DNA of 60,928 bases, counting the filler, from Squatina squatina (Eukaryota), in NCBI GenBank assembly GCA_031763465.1. It is 3 parts of 3 records of this genome, joined end to end, with 100 filler letters (N's around TTAATTAATTAA, not from the genome) between each part and the next. Parts side by side here need not be neighbours in the genome. Positions count along the whole stretch, not along the records: positions 1 to 18,338 come from JARFOE010000056.1; 2 more parts are not named here. One strand, given 5' to 3'. Below, piece after piece: positions 1-10,345 of the stretch (positions within the stretch are counted from its first letter, which is position 1; each line of letters starts with the position of its first letter). Under the pieces are notes generated by a model. The model was not told the DNA's origin and did not search any database. It worked only from the letters and a program-made list of their open reading frames with translations. The translations under genes were made by a program, and so were the position numbers.

Positions 1-570
1 GCTGTATAAAACACTAGTTAGGCCACAGCTAGCGTACTGCGTGCAGTTCTGGTCAGCACATTACAGGAAGGATGTGATTGCACTAAAGAGGGCACAGAGG
101 AGATTTACCAGGGTGTTGTCTGGACTGGAGAATTCTAGCTATGAGGAAAGATTGGATAGGCTGGAGTTGTTTTCTTTGGAACAGAGGAGGCTGAGGGGAG
201 ACCTAATTGAGTTGTATAAAATTATGATGGGCCTAGATAGAGTGGATAGGAAGGATCTATTTCCCTTAGTGGAGAGGTTAATAACCAGGGGGCATAGATT
301 TAAAGTAATTGGTAGGAGGTTCAGAGAGGATTTGAGGAGAATATTTTCACCCAGAGGGTGGTGGTGGTCTGGAACTTACTGCCTGAAAGGGTGGTGGAGG
401 CAGAACCCCTCATCGCATTTAAAAAGTACTTGGATGTGCTCTTGAAGTGCCAAAACCGACAGGGCTATGGACCAAGAGCTGGAAAGTGGGATTAGGCTGG
501 AAAGCTTTTTCTCGGCCGGCACGGACAATAGTTTGACGGCCTTCTTCTGTGCCGCAAATCTCTATGAAAT
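1..570 (+). mobile_element. CR1 LINE 3' fragment (ORF2 C-terminus and 3' UTR)
   Basis: Translation QFWSAHYRKDVIALKRAQRRFTR..LELFSLEQRRLRGDLIELYKIM is the typical CR1 ORF2 end; the UTR ends in ggccttcttctgtgc..tctatga. Confidence 0.9.
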
Positions 571-732
571 TAAAGGTGTCGTGGATTGAAAAAACTGGCT
601 GCACACAGTGACGAAATTTTAGAGGAAACATCGGTGGGTTGGGGAGTTTAAGGGAGATGTGTGCACGCACGTACTATATAAATACACGTGTGAGCGAAAT
701 GTCAGCGGAAAATTCAAGCTCCGATTTCTTAC

Positions 733-900
733 CACTCTCCGTACTGGACTGCCTTCAGCACACCGACAGCCGCCGTGCTCTTCCAATCGAAGCCCTGGCC
801 CACATGGTCCGCGTGGGCCCGCGTCCTGTCCTCGAAGAGTATTTCGCGAGGCTCGCTGGCCCGAGGTAGATACTGGAGATTCTTGATTTCGTTCATCGAC
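733..900 (-). CDS. RSBN1: RSBN1 (round spermatid basic protein 1, KDM9-type demethylase) internal exon, 168 bp
   Basis: cag|GTCGATG...GAGTG|gtaag; encodes (R)SMNEIKNLQYLPRASEPREILFEDRTRAHADHVGQGFDWKSTAAVGVLKAVQYGE(W). Phase matches the upstream exon. Missed by the ORF track. Confidence 0.93.
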
Positions 901-990
901 CTGCGCAAGAACGGAAATGGTCAGGGTCGAGCACACCGTGGATCATTCAAAAGCCGCTCACAAATGGACACATTTCAAGAGCCTTCCTAC

Positions 991-1133
991 CGCCGTCTCT
1001 TGAAGGGCGACTTTGGCATGTCTGCAGTCGGAATCATCTGCTCACCAGGCCTCACCCACATGATGGGACCGTCATCACTCTGTGACCGGCAATGCAGCTG
1101 AAGGTTGGACAGGGTGCCCCACGGCAACGTCAT
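991..1133 (-). CDS. RSBN1: RSBN1 internal exon, 143 bp
   Basis: aatcag|ATGACG...AGACGGCG|gtagga; encodes MTLPWGTLSNLQLHCRSQSDDGPIMWVRPGEQMIPTADMPKSPFKRR(R); followed by a 90-bp GT-AG intron (901-990). Confidence 0.93.
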
Positions 1134-1203
1134 CTGATTAAAGTGAAACGGCAAAAATCACTCACAACAATTCAGGATCCCCAGTGTCTAAATCGTACCA
1201 GCT

Positions 1204-1497
1204 TTCGTAGAATCTCAGCACAGAAGGGAGGCCATTCAGCCCATCGTGCCGGCCGAAAAAGAGCTATCCAGCCGAATCCCACTTTCCGACTCTTGGTCCG
1301 TAACCTCGTAGGTTACGGCACTTCAAGTGCACATCCAACTACTGCTTAAATGCGATGAGGCTTTCTGCCTCTACCAACCTTTCAGGCAGTGAGTTCCAGA
1401 CCTCCATGAAAAAATGGATGAAAAAAGCTCTCAATTCCCCTCTAATCCTTCTGCCAATTACTTTAAATCTATGCCCCCTAGTTATTAAACTCTCTAT
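1204..1497 (-). mobile_element. CR1 LINE 3' end, inverted relative to the copy at 1-570
   Basis: Reverse complement aligns by eye to about 366-555 (ggtctggaact..tgcctgaaagg..ttggatgtgc..ggaaagtgggatt..cggccggcacg). Confidence 0.88.
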
Positions 1498-1699
1498 ACC
1501 CATTCATTCACGGATTTTTTTAAAATAATTTAAATAGCATCAGAGAGCTTTTATTTTTAAATGCTAATTTCTTCCTGCATTGTAATATGAAGCACAATTC
1601 TTCCTCACCTCCAATTCAACCTTTGAATGGGAGCCAGAGGCACAGTGGAGCTGCCATGTTGTGTGGTATGTTAAAATAAAAAATCTTAAGGCAGTAGCC

Positions 1700-2232
1700 T
1701 GAATCAACTTTAAACAGCAAGTTCCCAATCTAGGGCTGCACTGGGCATGTCCATAGATTCAGAACTTTCGATCTGTCAAGGTTTGTCTTGACAGATCATC
1801 CGCCTGGACAGGAAAAGAGCTTTCTGGGCGGAGAGTTGCACTATTTGCCTAACTCTTGCCCACAAAAAACTTTAATTTCTTACACATGGTAAAAGCATGC
1901 AAACAGGTTTGCTTTTACCAGCATGAGTTTTTTTTAAAAAGTAAAAATAAAATAAATTACTGGTACATTGTTTAAAAACCATGTCCATTAAAGTAAGAAT
2001 ATTTTTATACATTAAGGTTTTTAAAAATTTCAAAAATGTTTTTCTATTATCTAATTATATATAATTTTATTAAATTTTAATGGTTCATTAGTTTTTAAAA
2101 TGTATTTTTTCAGTGATGATAAACTATCTCCCATTCATACTTACAAATCTCCGATATATGGCAGAGATCTGTAGAAGCATGAATGGGAGATACTCCTACC
2201 TGATTGGTTGGGGCCTCTCACGTGATCTCACC
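1700..2232 (-). repeat. Hairpin-rich interspersed repeat, same family as 51251-51968
   Basis: Reverse complement gagatcacgtgagaggccccaaccaatcaggtagg matches gaggtcacttgggaggccccagccaatcaggtagg near 51428, and is followed in both copies by a hairpin and an AT-rich tract. Left boundary uncertain. Confidence 0.6.
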
Positions 2233-2604
2233 NNNNNNNNNNNNNNNNNNNNNNNNNNNNNNNNNNNNNNNNNNNNNNNNNNNNNNNNNNNNNNNNNNNN
2301 NNNNNNNNNNNNNNNNNNNNNNNNNNNNNNNNGAGAGAGAGAGACGAGACAATTGCTCTCCTGAAGTGGAGTCAATAAACCCTGTAAAATACAAGTGCCC
2401 GTGAGCTAAACTATAAGCAGTAGCAAACAGACACTGGAAATGACGAGATTAGATTACCAAATTCAGATCACCTCTCATTAACTCCCCTGCAATGCACAAA
2501 AGGTTGCTGAGGTGGTGAAAGAAACATTTGATCAGGTTAGCCCATCTCCTGGGAATAAACTGCATTCTTTGAGATTTCATTAACAAGATATAGATCCAAC
2601 CCAA

Positions 2605-2750
2605 GAACATACATTTATATAGTGCCTTACCAGGTCCTCAGGACATCCCAAAGCACTGTATAATCAATTGGGTTTGAAGTAGTGCCACTGTTGTAATATA
2701 GGGAAACGTGGCAGCCAATTTATGCACAGCAAGCTCCCACAAACTGCAAC
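2605..2750 (-). mobile_element. Deu-domain SINE (SacSINE1/AmnSINE-like) 3' part
   Basis: catttatatagtgcctt..caggacatcccaaagcact..ggaaacgtggcagccaatttatgcacagcaagctccc is the reverse complement of the copy at 17352. Confidence 0.8.
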
Positions 2751-3149
2751 CAGTTACTCTAACCTGAAAAATCACTGAAGGGTTAAGTGCAAACTCTTGG
2801 AACTTTTATCGTTTATTCAGTCCTTCCACAGAATTTATTCACCATAAAACATCAGAATACAGATCTATTATCTAATTGGACAAAGCACTTCTGAGTCCTG
2901 AATGTTGTTAGCATAACCCAAACAGGCAGGAGCCTCCGCCTTCTCCCTCCCTTCTGACAGGGAAAGATAGAGTCATACAATAAGGGAACAAGAGTTCACG
3001 TTAATAAGATCAACCCTCAAAACCAGAGTGGGGGAGGAGAGGTGCGGGGGAGGCACACTCTAAGGACATAATGAAAAGCATTCGTAAAAGACAATTTGAA
3101 ATGATCTATTTTGGCATAATCCATCATGAATTCCTCCACTGAAAGTCAC

Positions 3150-3774
3150 CTTCTCGTACAAGTGAACAGGCTGTCACCAGGGGCTTGTGTAGTCTTAGTC
3201 AAGGTGCAATCTGTGCCTGCATTTGACTGGTGATGGATTCCCTCTGCAGGAAAGCTGAGGACTTCATCAATTTTGGTCTGATCGCAGGGCAGTTGGATGA
3301 AAGGGTGATACAATTCTCCAAAGGCGATGGGACCAATGTTGCCTTGCAGGCCCCATCCATTAACCCAATGAATTTCCTTAAGAAAAGAATCCCACTCTCT
3401 CAATGTCCAACTGGTATGTCACCAGCAGCATAGAATTAGTCACATGAGCTCCTGCTTTTCTGGAAGTTACCACAATATCTTTGTCATGTGGCAGACTAGC
3501 CTGCTAACACTTTTTAGGGAAGATGTAAAGGTGCACGGGTGGTTCTTGATCAACATGGTTTACCTGTTGCTTCTCTGGTTGATGACTCCACTTCAAGTGC
3601 CTGCCTCAGCAGCTGAACGTTGTTGTGACGAGACACAGGCATCCAGCCGAGTGGTCATAGAGAGGTCTACTGGAGGACTGAAGGGGCGATTCCAATGCTT
3701 TGATAGGTCTGGAGGGGCGCTACAATGTGAGCTGTTCGCATCTTGGTGGCTTCACAACTTTGCTCTCCGGAAAG
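3150..3774 (+). mobile_element. Degenerate PIF/Harbinger transposase (HARBI1-like DDE) relic
   Basis: Ordered motifs across frameshifts: DGTNVALQAP, SLNVQLVC, GSYHN, GWFL..WLMTP, RVVIERSTGGLKGRFQCFDRSGGALQ. Contains stops and has lost the GDxGY aspartate. Confidence 0.85.
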
Positions 3775-5429
3775 NNNNNNNNNNNNNNNNNNNNNNNNNN
3801 NNNNNNNNNNNNNNNNNNNNNNNNNNNNNNNNNNNNNNNNNNNNNNNNNNNNNNNNNNNNNNNNNNNNNNNNNNCAGTGTATTGTCTCATCTGTTCCAGT
3901 AAAGCCCTTCAGTCGTGAATGTTTTCAAGATGCTAACAAAGGAAAATACTGTAATATAATAGGACACTGATGTGTGGGACATTATATAGATATACACTTC
4001 AGTCTTAAATGGAGCATTTGTATAGCCTTGTGGTAAATGCTTAGATAGCAATGTTTGGATGAATTACCAGTGGATATGCAATTATATCTTTTGTTACTGG
4101 AGTGTTAAACAGTTTTCAGGTGGGCTTCCTGTTTTTCCACAGAGAAATCCAGACACCAAGGGTTAATTAGATAATTTTGATTGCAGACTAGATACATTAG
4201 AAAGGAATTTTCTGTTGCTTTGTTACAGTTTTTCCCTCCTGCAATTACACACTTCATTACAGAGTAGCATTTTCTAACTAGCTAGCTGCAACTAGTTAAA
4301 TGAATGGATCGGCATACCTCAAGTCTAATCAGGCCAGATGGGCTGAATGACCAAAATTCTACAATGGGAGCCATTCCTTCCTTCAATGACATCCCCTGTG
4401 CATTTGTTTGGGAAAAAGGGGAGACGGGCAGGAGGGGGCAGTGAGAAGAGGAGTTAAATGTTCTGTTTTAGACAGGCACCAAGTCTGAAATGTACTTTTC
4501 AGCAGCGAGTAAGCGTCCCGTTGTATTATTTCAGACACGTTGGAGGGGTATTTCAATGAGGAAGCCGGCCACCTCCACTCCTTCCAGTCCCAATTGGTGA
4601 CTGTACCCGAGCTGCGTACCTTCCCCAATGGATAGTGAAGGTGATCCGCACACTGGCTTGGTGCGCTGGTCGCCACAAGGTATAATCATATCTGCTGGTT
4701 GAATTGACATGGGGGGTGCTTCGAGACCCTTTTAGTGATATACAATGCCTCCAGAAGCAACGTCACCCCCTGGTACGTTGCTGATAGAGCAGTCAACCAC
4801 GTACGTACAATGTAAATGCAGCACCATCTGTTTGGCCGGTTAGGGTGTTCAATAATGTTTGTTGGGTAGGGTATTATGATGAATGTTTTGTCAGTAATAA
4901 ATGAAGTCTATTATCAAACCTATCACTGTATCGAGTTGTACGGATCTGTTCAAAAGGATAAGGGAGGAATTATCAAACAAGCTGTTTCCCTTTTAGAACA
5001 ACCAAATACTGCCAAGACTTTCTGTCCTGAATCAGGAACAGCATCACCCGAGGACACAGTCAGACAGCTGAGTTACAGCCTCTACGTGAGACTTTAAGCA
5101 AATATTTATAACCACTCGCTTACTCAGCCTCTCTGGCATTCTTCCACCTTCCTCCTTTATTCAGAGCAGCACTAATCCGGGAGCAGCTCCTACAAAGGAA
5201 CCCATTAGGTTATACTTTAAAATGAACACAGATGCTTTATTGAATCTCCTGAAAAGCCACTACTGTATTAGGACAAGCCATTAGNNNNNNNNNNGTTTCT
5301 AGAAAAGGGCCAGTGTGTGTGCAGGAGCTCATATTTCTTGCAACTTCCGTCATAACAGACCCCTGCAACAAGGCAGTGAGCTTTTCCGCTGTCAGTTAAA
5401 ACAGGTAAAGCTACTTGTAGGTTAGAGTG

Positions 5430-5618
5430 CTGCTCCTACAAGGTGACACGAGGGGTGAGGATTTGGAATACACTACCTGATAGGGTGAATAGTAGCCTTC
5501 CAAAGGGAATTGGATAAATACTTCCAGGAGAAAAAATTGCAGGGATATGGATAAAGAGTGAGGGCATGGAACTCACTGGATGCTCTTCGAAAAAGCCAGC
5601 ACAGACTCGATAGATCGG
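5430..5618 (+). mobile_element. CR1 3' fragment
   Basis: ggaatacactacctgatagggtg..ttccaaagggaattggataaatactt..cagggatatgg pattern (WNxLP..FKRELDKY). Confidence 0.7.
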
Positions 5619-6781
5619 NNNNNNNNNNNNNNNNNNNNNNNNNNNNNNNNNNNNNNNNNNNNNNNNNNNNNNNNNNNNNNNNNNNNNNNNNNNNNNNNNN
5701 NNNNNNNNNNNNNNNNNNNNNNNNNNNNNNNNNNNNNNNNNNNNNNNNNNNNNNNNNNNNNNNNNNNNNNNNNNNNNNNNNNNNNNNNNNNNNNNNNNNN
5801 NNNNNNNNNNNNNNNNNNNNNNNNNNNNNNNNNNNNNNNNNNNNNNNNNNNNNNNNNNNNNNNNNNNNNNNNNNNNNNNNNNNNNNNNNNNNNNNNNNNN
5901 NNNNNNNNNNNNNNNNNNNNNNNNNNNNNNNNNNNNNNNNNNNNNNNNNNNNNNNNNNNNNNNNNNNNNNNNNNNNNNNNNNNNNNNNNNNNNNNNNNNN
6001 NNNNNNNNNNNNNNNNNNNNNNNNNNNNNNNNNNNNNNNNNNNNNNNNNNNNNNNNNNNNNNNNNNNNNNNNNNNNNNNNNNNNNNNNNNNNNNNNNNNN
6101 NNNNNNNNNNNNNNNNNNNNNNNNNNNNNNNNNNNNNNNNNNNNNNNNNNNNNNNNNNNNNNNNNNNNNNNNNNNNNNNNNNNNNNNNNNNNNNNNNNNN
6201 NNNNNNNNNNNNNNNNNNNNNNNNNNNNNNNNNNNNNNNNNNNNNNNNNNNNNNNNNNNNNNNNNNNNNNNNNNNNNNNNNNNNNNNNNNNNNNNNNNNN
6301 NNNNNNNNNNNNNNNNNNNNNNNNNNNNNNNNNNNNNNNNNNNNNNNNNNNNNNNNNNNNNNNNNNNNNNNNNNNNNNNNNNNNNNNNNNNNNNNNNNNN
6401 NNNNNNNNNNNNNNNNNNNNNNNNNNNNNNNNNNNNNAACCCTCATTATTATATTTCAGTTTACAAGTTATATGTTGTGCTCTTGCAGGATTTTCCTTGA
6501 CTTTGGGAAGTAGTAGAATAAACACTCTATTAAACCTTAGCTCAGACTATAAACTGCCAAAACAGATTTATTGAACAGGAAATGGATAGGTCGCGATGAC
6601 AAACTGTGGAATTGCAATAGTAACACTCCCTCCTCAGGAAATTGCAAGTAACAGTCATGTGCTACTGAAGGGGTTGGGCGGGGGAGGTAGAAAATCAGAT
6701 GAGGACCCATTGTATGGTGTTCTGTTCCCTTTCACCCTACTATGATTCTTGGATCCTGGAATTACAGTAATAAAATATACA

Positions 6782-7309
6782 TGACAGATGGGTTTTGGCT
6801 CAACTAGAATTAGTTAGTTTATTAGACCAACAAAACTACAGTACAAACCCTTTAATGATTTGACTGAAATTTACAATCACCCATGCGGCTGGTCACTGCC
6901 AATGTTGATTGTAGGCCTGGATCTGGAGATGACCGGTGTCCATTCTCCTTCTCCTGGCTGCAGCCCCGCCGTGCCGATGTTGTCCCTTCTTATAGTGTTC
7001 CAGTCACACTATCCCGCACCTGGACTCAACCATAGTTTCGGTTCTTTATCTTGGTATTGCTGTTGCTTGGGATATGCAGAGCTGCAAGGTCAAAAACAAC
7101 TTATCTCCTCTCCTGATATCCGCACAGTGCAAAGGACAATAGACGTTAGCTCATGGCATTGTTCAGGTGTTAATGTATCTTCCTTTCTGGTCAAGACTTG
7201 TCAAGATGAGCCAGAGTTTGTTAACTTATGGCACTGTTCAGTTGTTAATGTGTTAATTCCGTTTTGGTCAGGAACTAATAATGAGCCAGAGCTTCAGTTA
7301 ACTTACACC
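6782..7309 (-). mobile_element. Possible solo LTR with a ~75-bp internal tandem duplication
   Basis: TG...CA ends; minus-strand TATAAG near 6990 and AATAAA near 6820; repeat units at about 7145-7219 and 7220-7305. No clear target-site duplication. Confidence 0.35.
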
Positions 7310-7445
7310 ATCCGTGCATTGAGGTTAACTGTTTCATGTCCTTCAGCATCCACAGCCCTCTGGGGTCAAGAATTCCAAAGGTCACTTCAACTTTTTAATA
7401 ACTGATTATATATAAGAGGAAAGGAAACAAAGCATGAATCCTTAC

Positions 7446-8090
7446 CTGAGTGCGAAAGTTTGAGATGGTCGTAGTTTCTATATCCTTCTTCCCCAGTATT
7501 TCCATTTTTACTGGCGTGTTGGGGAAGTTGAAAGCAAAATAATCCAGAAAGTCTGGCAGGTAGGCGGCCGCTCCATGTACGATGGCCATCACGTAGTGCG
7601 CGGCGCTCTTCTCGTTTTCACTGAAAGTCAATGCAAGAAATTCCTCAGCAAACCTCTCCATCTCCACAGGAGACAAGAAAGAGAGCTCGTCCATGTAGGC
7701 GTGGAGCACCGGCGCACCACCGTTCGGCTGATGCTCCACGTGAATGAAGGGGGCGAATTTAGAGGAACCTGTCCGCAAGAGCCCCTTCCGCACACAGTGG
7801 TCTCTGTGTGATAGGTATGGGAAGTGTGCGCCTGAGGGGATTGTACAATGGCTCACTTGCAGATCCAACCTGCCAAGCTCTTCAACGTGCTTAACGGCGG
7901 CTTTGTTGATTACACTCGACTCAGCAGAGGAACCGTGCCCCAAAGTATCCAGGTCGACGCGAGTCAGCCCCGCACACGTCGTCTGCACCTCCTTGTTGTA
8001 CATTTTTAGCCGCCTCGGTCGCTCACCTTCCCGATGTTTCTTTTTCTTCTTTTTCTTTGTTTTTTTGCCCAGGTATTCATCTGGTCTCCG
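7446..8090 (-). CDS. RSBN1: RSBN1 large exon (5' end lost in gap)
   Basis: KKKKKKKHRE..RRLKMYNKEVQT..HQPNGGAPVLHAYMDELSFLSPVEMERFAEEFLALTFSENEK..LPDFLDYFAFNFPNTPVKMEILGKKDIETTTISNFRTQ, ending at donor CAG|gtaag. Confidence 0.95.
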
Positions 8091-8944
8091 NNNNNNNNNN
8101 NNNNNNNNNNNNNNNNNNNNNNNNNNNNNNNNNNNNNNNNNNNNNNNNNNNNNNNNNNNNNNNNNNNNNNNNNNNNNNNNNNNNNNNNNNTGCCGCAGTG
8201 TGCGTGCAGTAGTGGTGAAGTTCCGAAAGGTTGCGATGGAGCCGAATGCCAGAGCTTTCTTCTGGGTGGGGTGGGGCGGGGGAAGTGGATGACTCAACTT
8301 GTTTTTTTGTTCTCTTCGTCTTTTTAAATGCAGCATCAAACTACTCAGATTCTTGCTATTTATGGCTCAAATAAATTGACTTCACTGTTCAATCGCTGCT
8401 GTGAGTGGTTTTATCGCTCCATCTCCATGGTAACCGAGCCCGAAAGGCTATTTTGGTAAATTACGGACGGATATTATAATGAAACTCGGTTCAAGCAGCA
8501 ACGTGAATTGTTCGTACATGCCAGATCCTGCAAAAAAAATACACCTGCTGGAAGTAGCAAATGTGAAATATTCCAAGATTGTGCAAATTCCGTTTTGGAA
8601 TGACCCTCACAATCATTCCCACTCACTCTCACCAGTTGGCTTGCTCTGAACATAACAAATCTCAGGCTGATTTAAATAGGACTCGGTAATGCACACTTTA
8701 ATCACTGTCAGCCACACTGGCCTCAGCAATCCATCTCTCGCAGGGAGACCTTTCCTTTCCAGTTTATCCAGGCAGGGTTGCTGTGAGAAGATGTGTCCCA
8801 CTTATCTTAAATGGGAACAATCATTGTCATCGAAACACATTGTTTGCAGAGTCTCTCTCGTTTGATTTTGACAAGCAGGGTTGTGGGGGTGTGGGGGAGG
8901 TGGAGAGGTGGTGACCAGGGGTGATGGGGGTGGGTAGGCCTTGG

Positions 8945-9032
8945 TTTAACATCCATACCTCTAGACTTGACTATTCCAACGCACTCCTGGCTGGGCTCCC
9001 ACATTCTACCCTGCGTAAACTAGAGGTGATCC
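8945..9032 (+). mobile_element. L2 LINE fragment
   Basis: SRLDYSNALLAGLPHSTLRKLEVI is the L2 ORF2 SRLDYCN-type motif. Confidence 0.8.
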
Positions 9033-9132
9033 NNNNNNNNNNNNNNNNNNNNNNNNNNNNNNNNNNNNNNNNNNNNNNNNNNNNNNNNNNNNNNNNNNNN
9101 NNNNNNNNNNNNNNNNNNNNNNNNNNNNNNNN

Positions 9133-10345
9133 TGGAATACTACGAACAATGGCAGACAGGTAAAGACTCTCTGGTCCATCGAGTCTGTCCCACAGAATTG
9201 CGATACCTTGTGTATCACAATCTATGCACGCCACCCTACCTGAAACGATGTGATCTCCTGGTAGAGGCAAAACAGAAAAAACCAAGGCCAATTTGGGGAG
9301 GGGGGAGAGAGAAATCTGGGAAATTCCTCTCCAACCCATCTAAACGATTGAAACTAGTCCAGGATGTAACTCTGGGCCTGAACTCCCTGCAGTATTTACC
9401 TTATGTAATAGGTGATCTCCACCCCAGTCAGAAACAGCTCCAGCTCTCGTTTGAAGGAATTCAGCGAATCAGCATCCCTTGCACGAGAAGGCAGCCTGTT
9501 CCAGAGGTCCACTATTCACTAGGAAAAGAACCACCTCCTAACATCTAACCTAGTACAACTTAAATTTGTGACCCCTGGTCTTCCCTAACCTATTTAATTG
9601 AAACAAACTGTCAGCTGGAACACAATCAATTCCCTTCACTATCTCATAAACCTCAATCAGATCCCCTCTGTCTACACTTCTCTAGTGTAAAGTCCCAACT
9701 CTTTTAACCTATCTTGATAACTCAGATGTTTTAGACTTGGAATTAGTTTAGTTGCCCTCCTTTGCACCCTCTCCAAAGCTTCAATATCACTTACCATGTG
9801 AGGAGACCAAAACTGGACACAGTATGCCTTGTCTTGTACTTAATTGTCCTATGGATACACCCCAACACCTTATTTGTTCTAGCTATCACTTCATGGCATT
9901 GCTCATGTACCTTTTTAAGGGTGCATGCACTAGAATGCCCAAGTATTCGCCACCATCTTTAATGCCGTTCCCTGAAGGGTGTATGAATGTTGAGCATTTG
10001 CCCTGCCCACATGCATAACACTGCACTTATCTAAGTTGTGCATAATTTTCCAGTCATGAGCCCAATGTCTCCACACTAAGATCTGCCTGAAGCAGACAAA
10101 CATCATCTATAGGCTTAACACTCGCATAGATCTTGATATCATCTGCAAATTTGCAGACTGTGCCCCCAACACCTATATCCAGAACATGAATAAAAATAAC
10201 AGCAACGGTCCCAACACTGATCACTGTAGGACACCACTGGTAACCAGTCTCCAAACAGACCCAAATCCATCTATAACTACTCTTTGCCTACATCCTGCCA
10301 GCCACTTCAATATATTGCCACTAATACCAGATGCTTCGATCTTCA
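9133..10345 (-). mobile_element. CR1 LINE, RT C-terminal half and 3' UTR, decayed
   Basis: Minus strand encodes VTSGVLQ..VLGPLLFLF and CKFADDIKIY (the FADD catalytic motif). Confidence 0.88.

Noticed and set aside
619-1349. CpG-rich island with a TATA-like tatataaata and several overlapping short ORFs, at first suggesting an endogenous viral fragment
   Set aside because: Fully explained by two minus-strand RSBN1 exons with canonical splice sites; the listed ORFs are antisense or off-frame shadows.
5436-6574. Four long ORFs (306-350 aa)
   Set aside because: Almost entirely X from an ~820-N gap. The same applies to other gap-spanning ORFs.
6860-7405. 181-aa plus-strand ORF
   Set aside because: Non-ATG start, built partly from a tandem duplication, no recognisable homology.
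8191-8339. N-terminal part of the 314-aa RSBN1 ORF
   Set aside because: It lies across a gap and shows no RSBN1 similarity I recognise; only 7446-8090 is supported.
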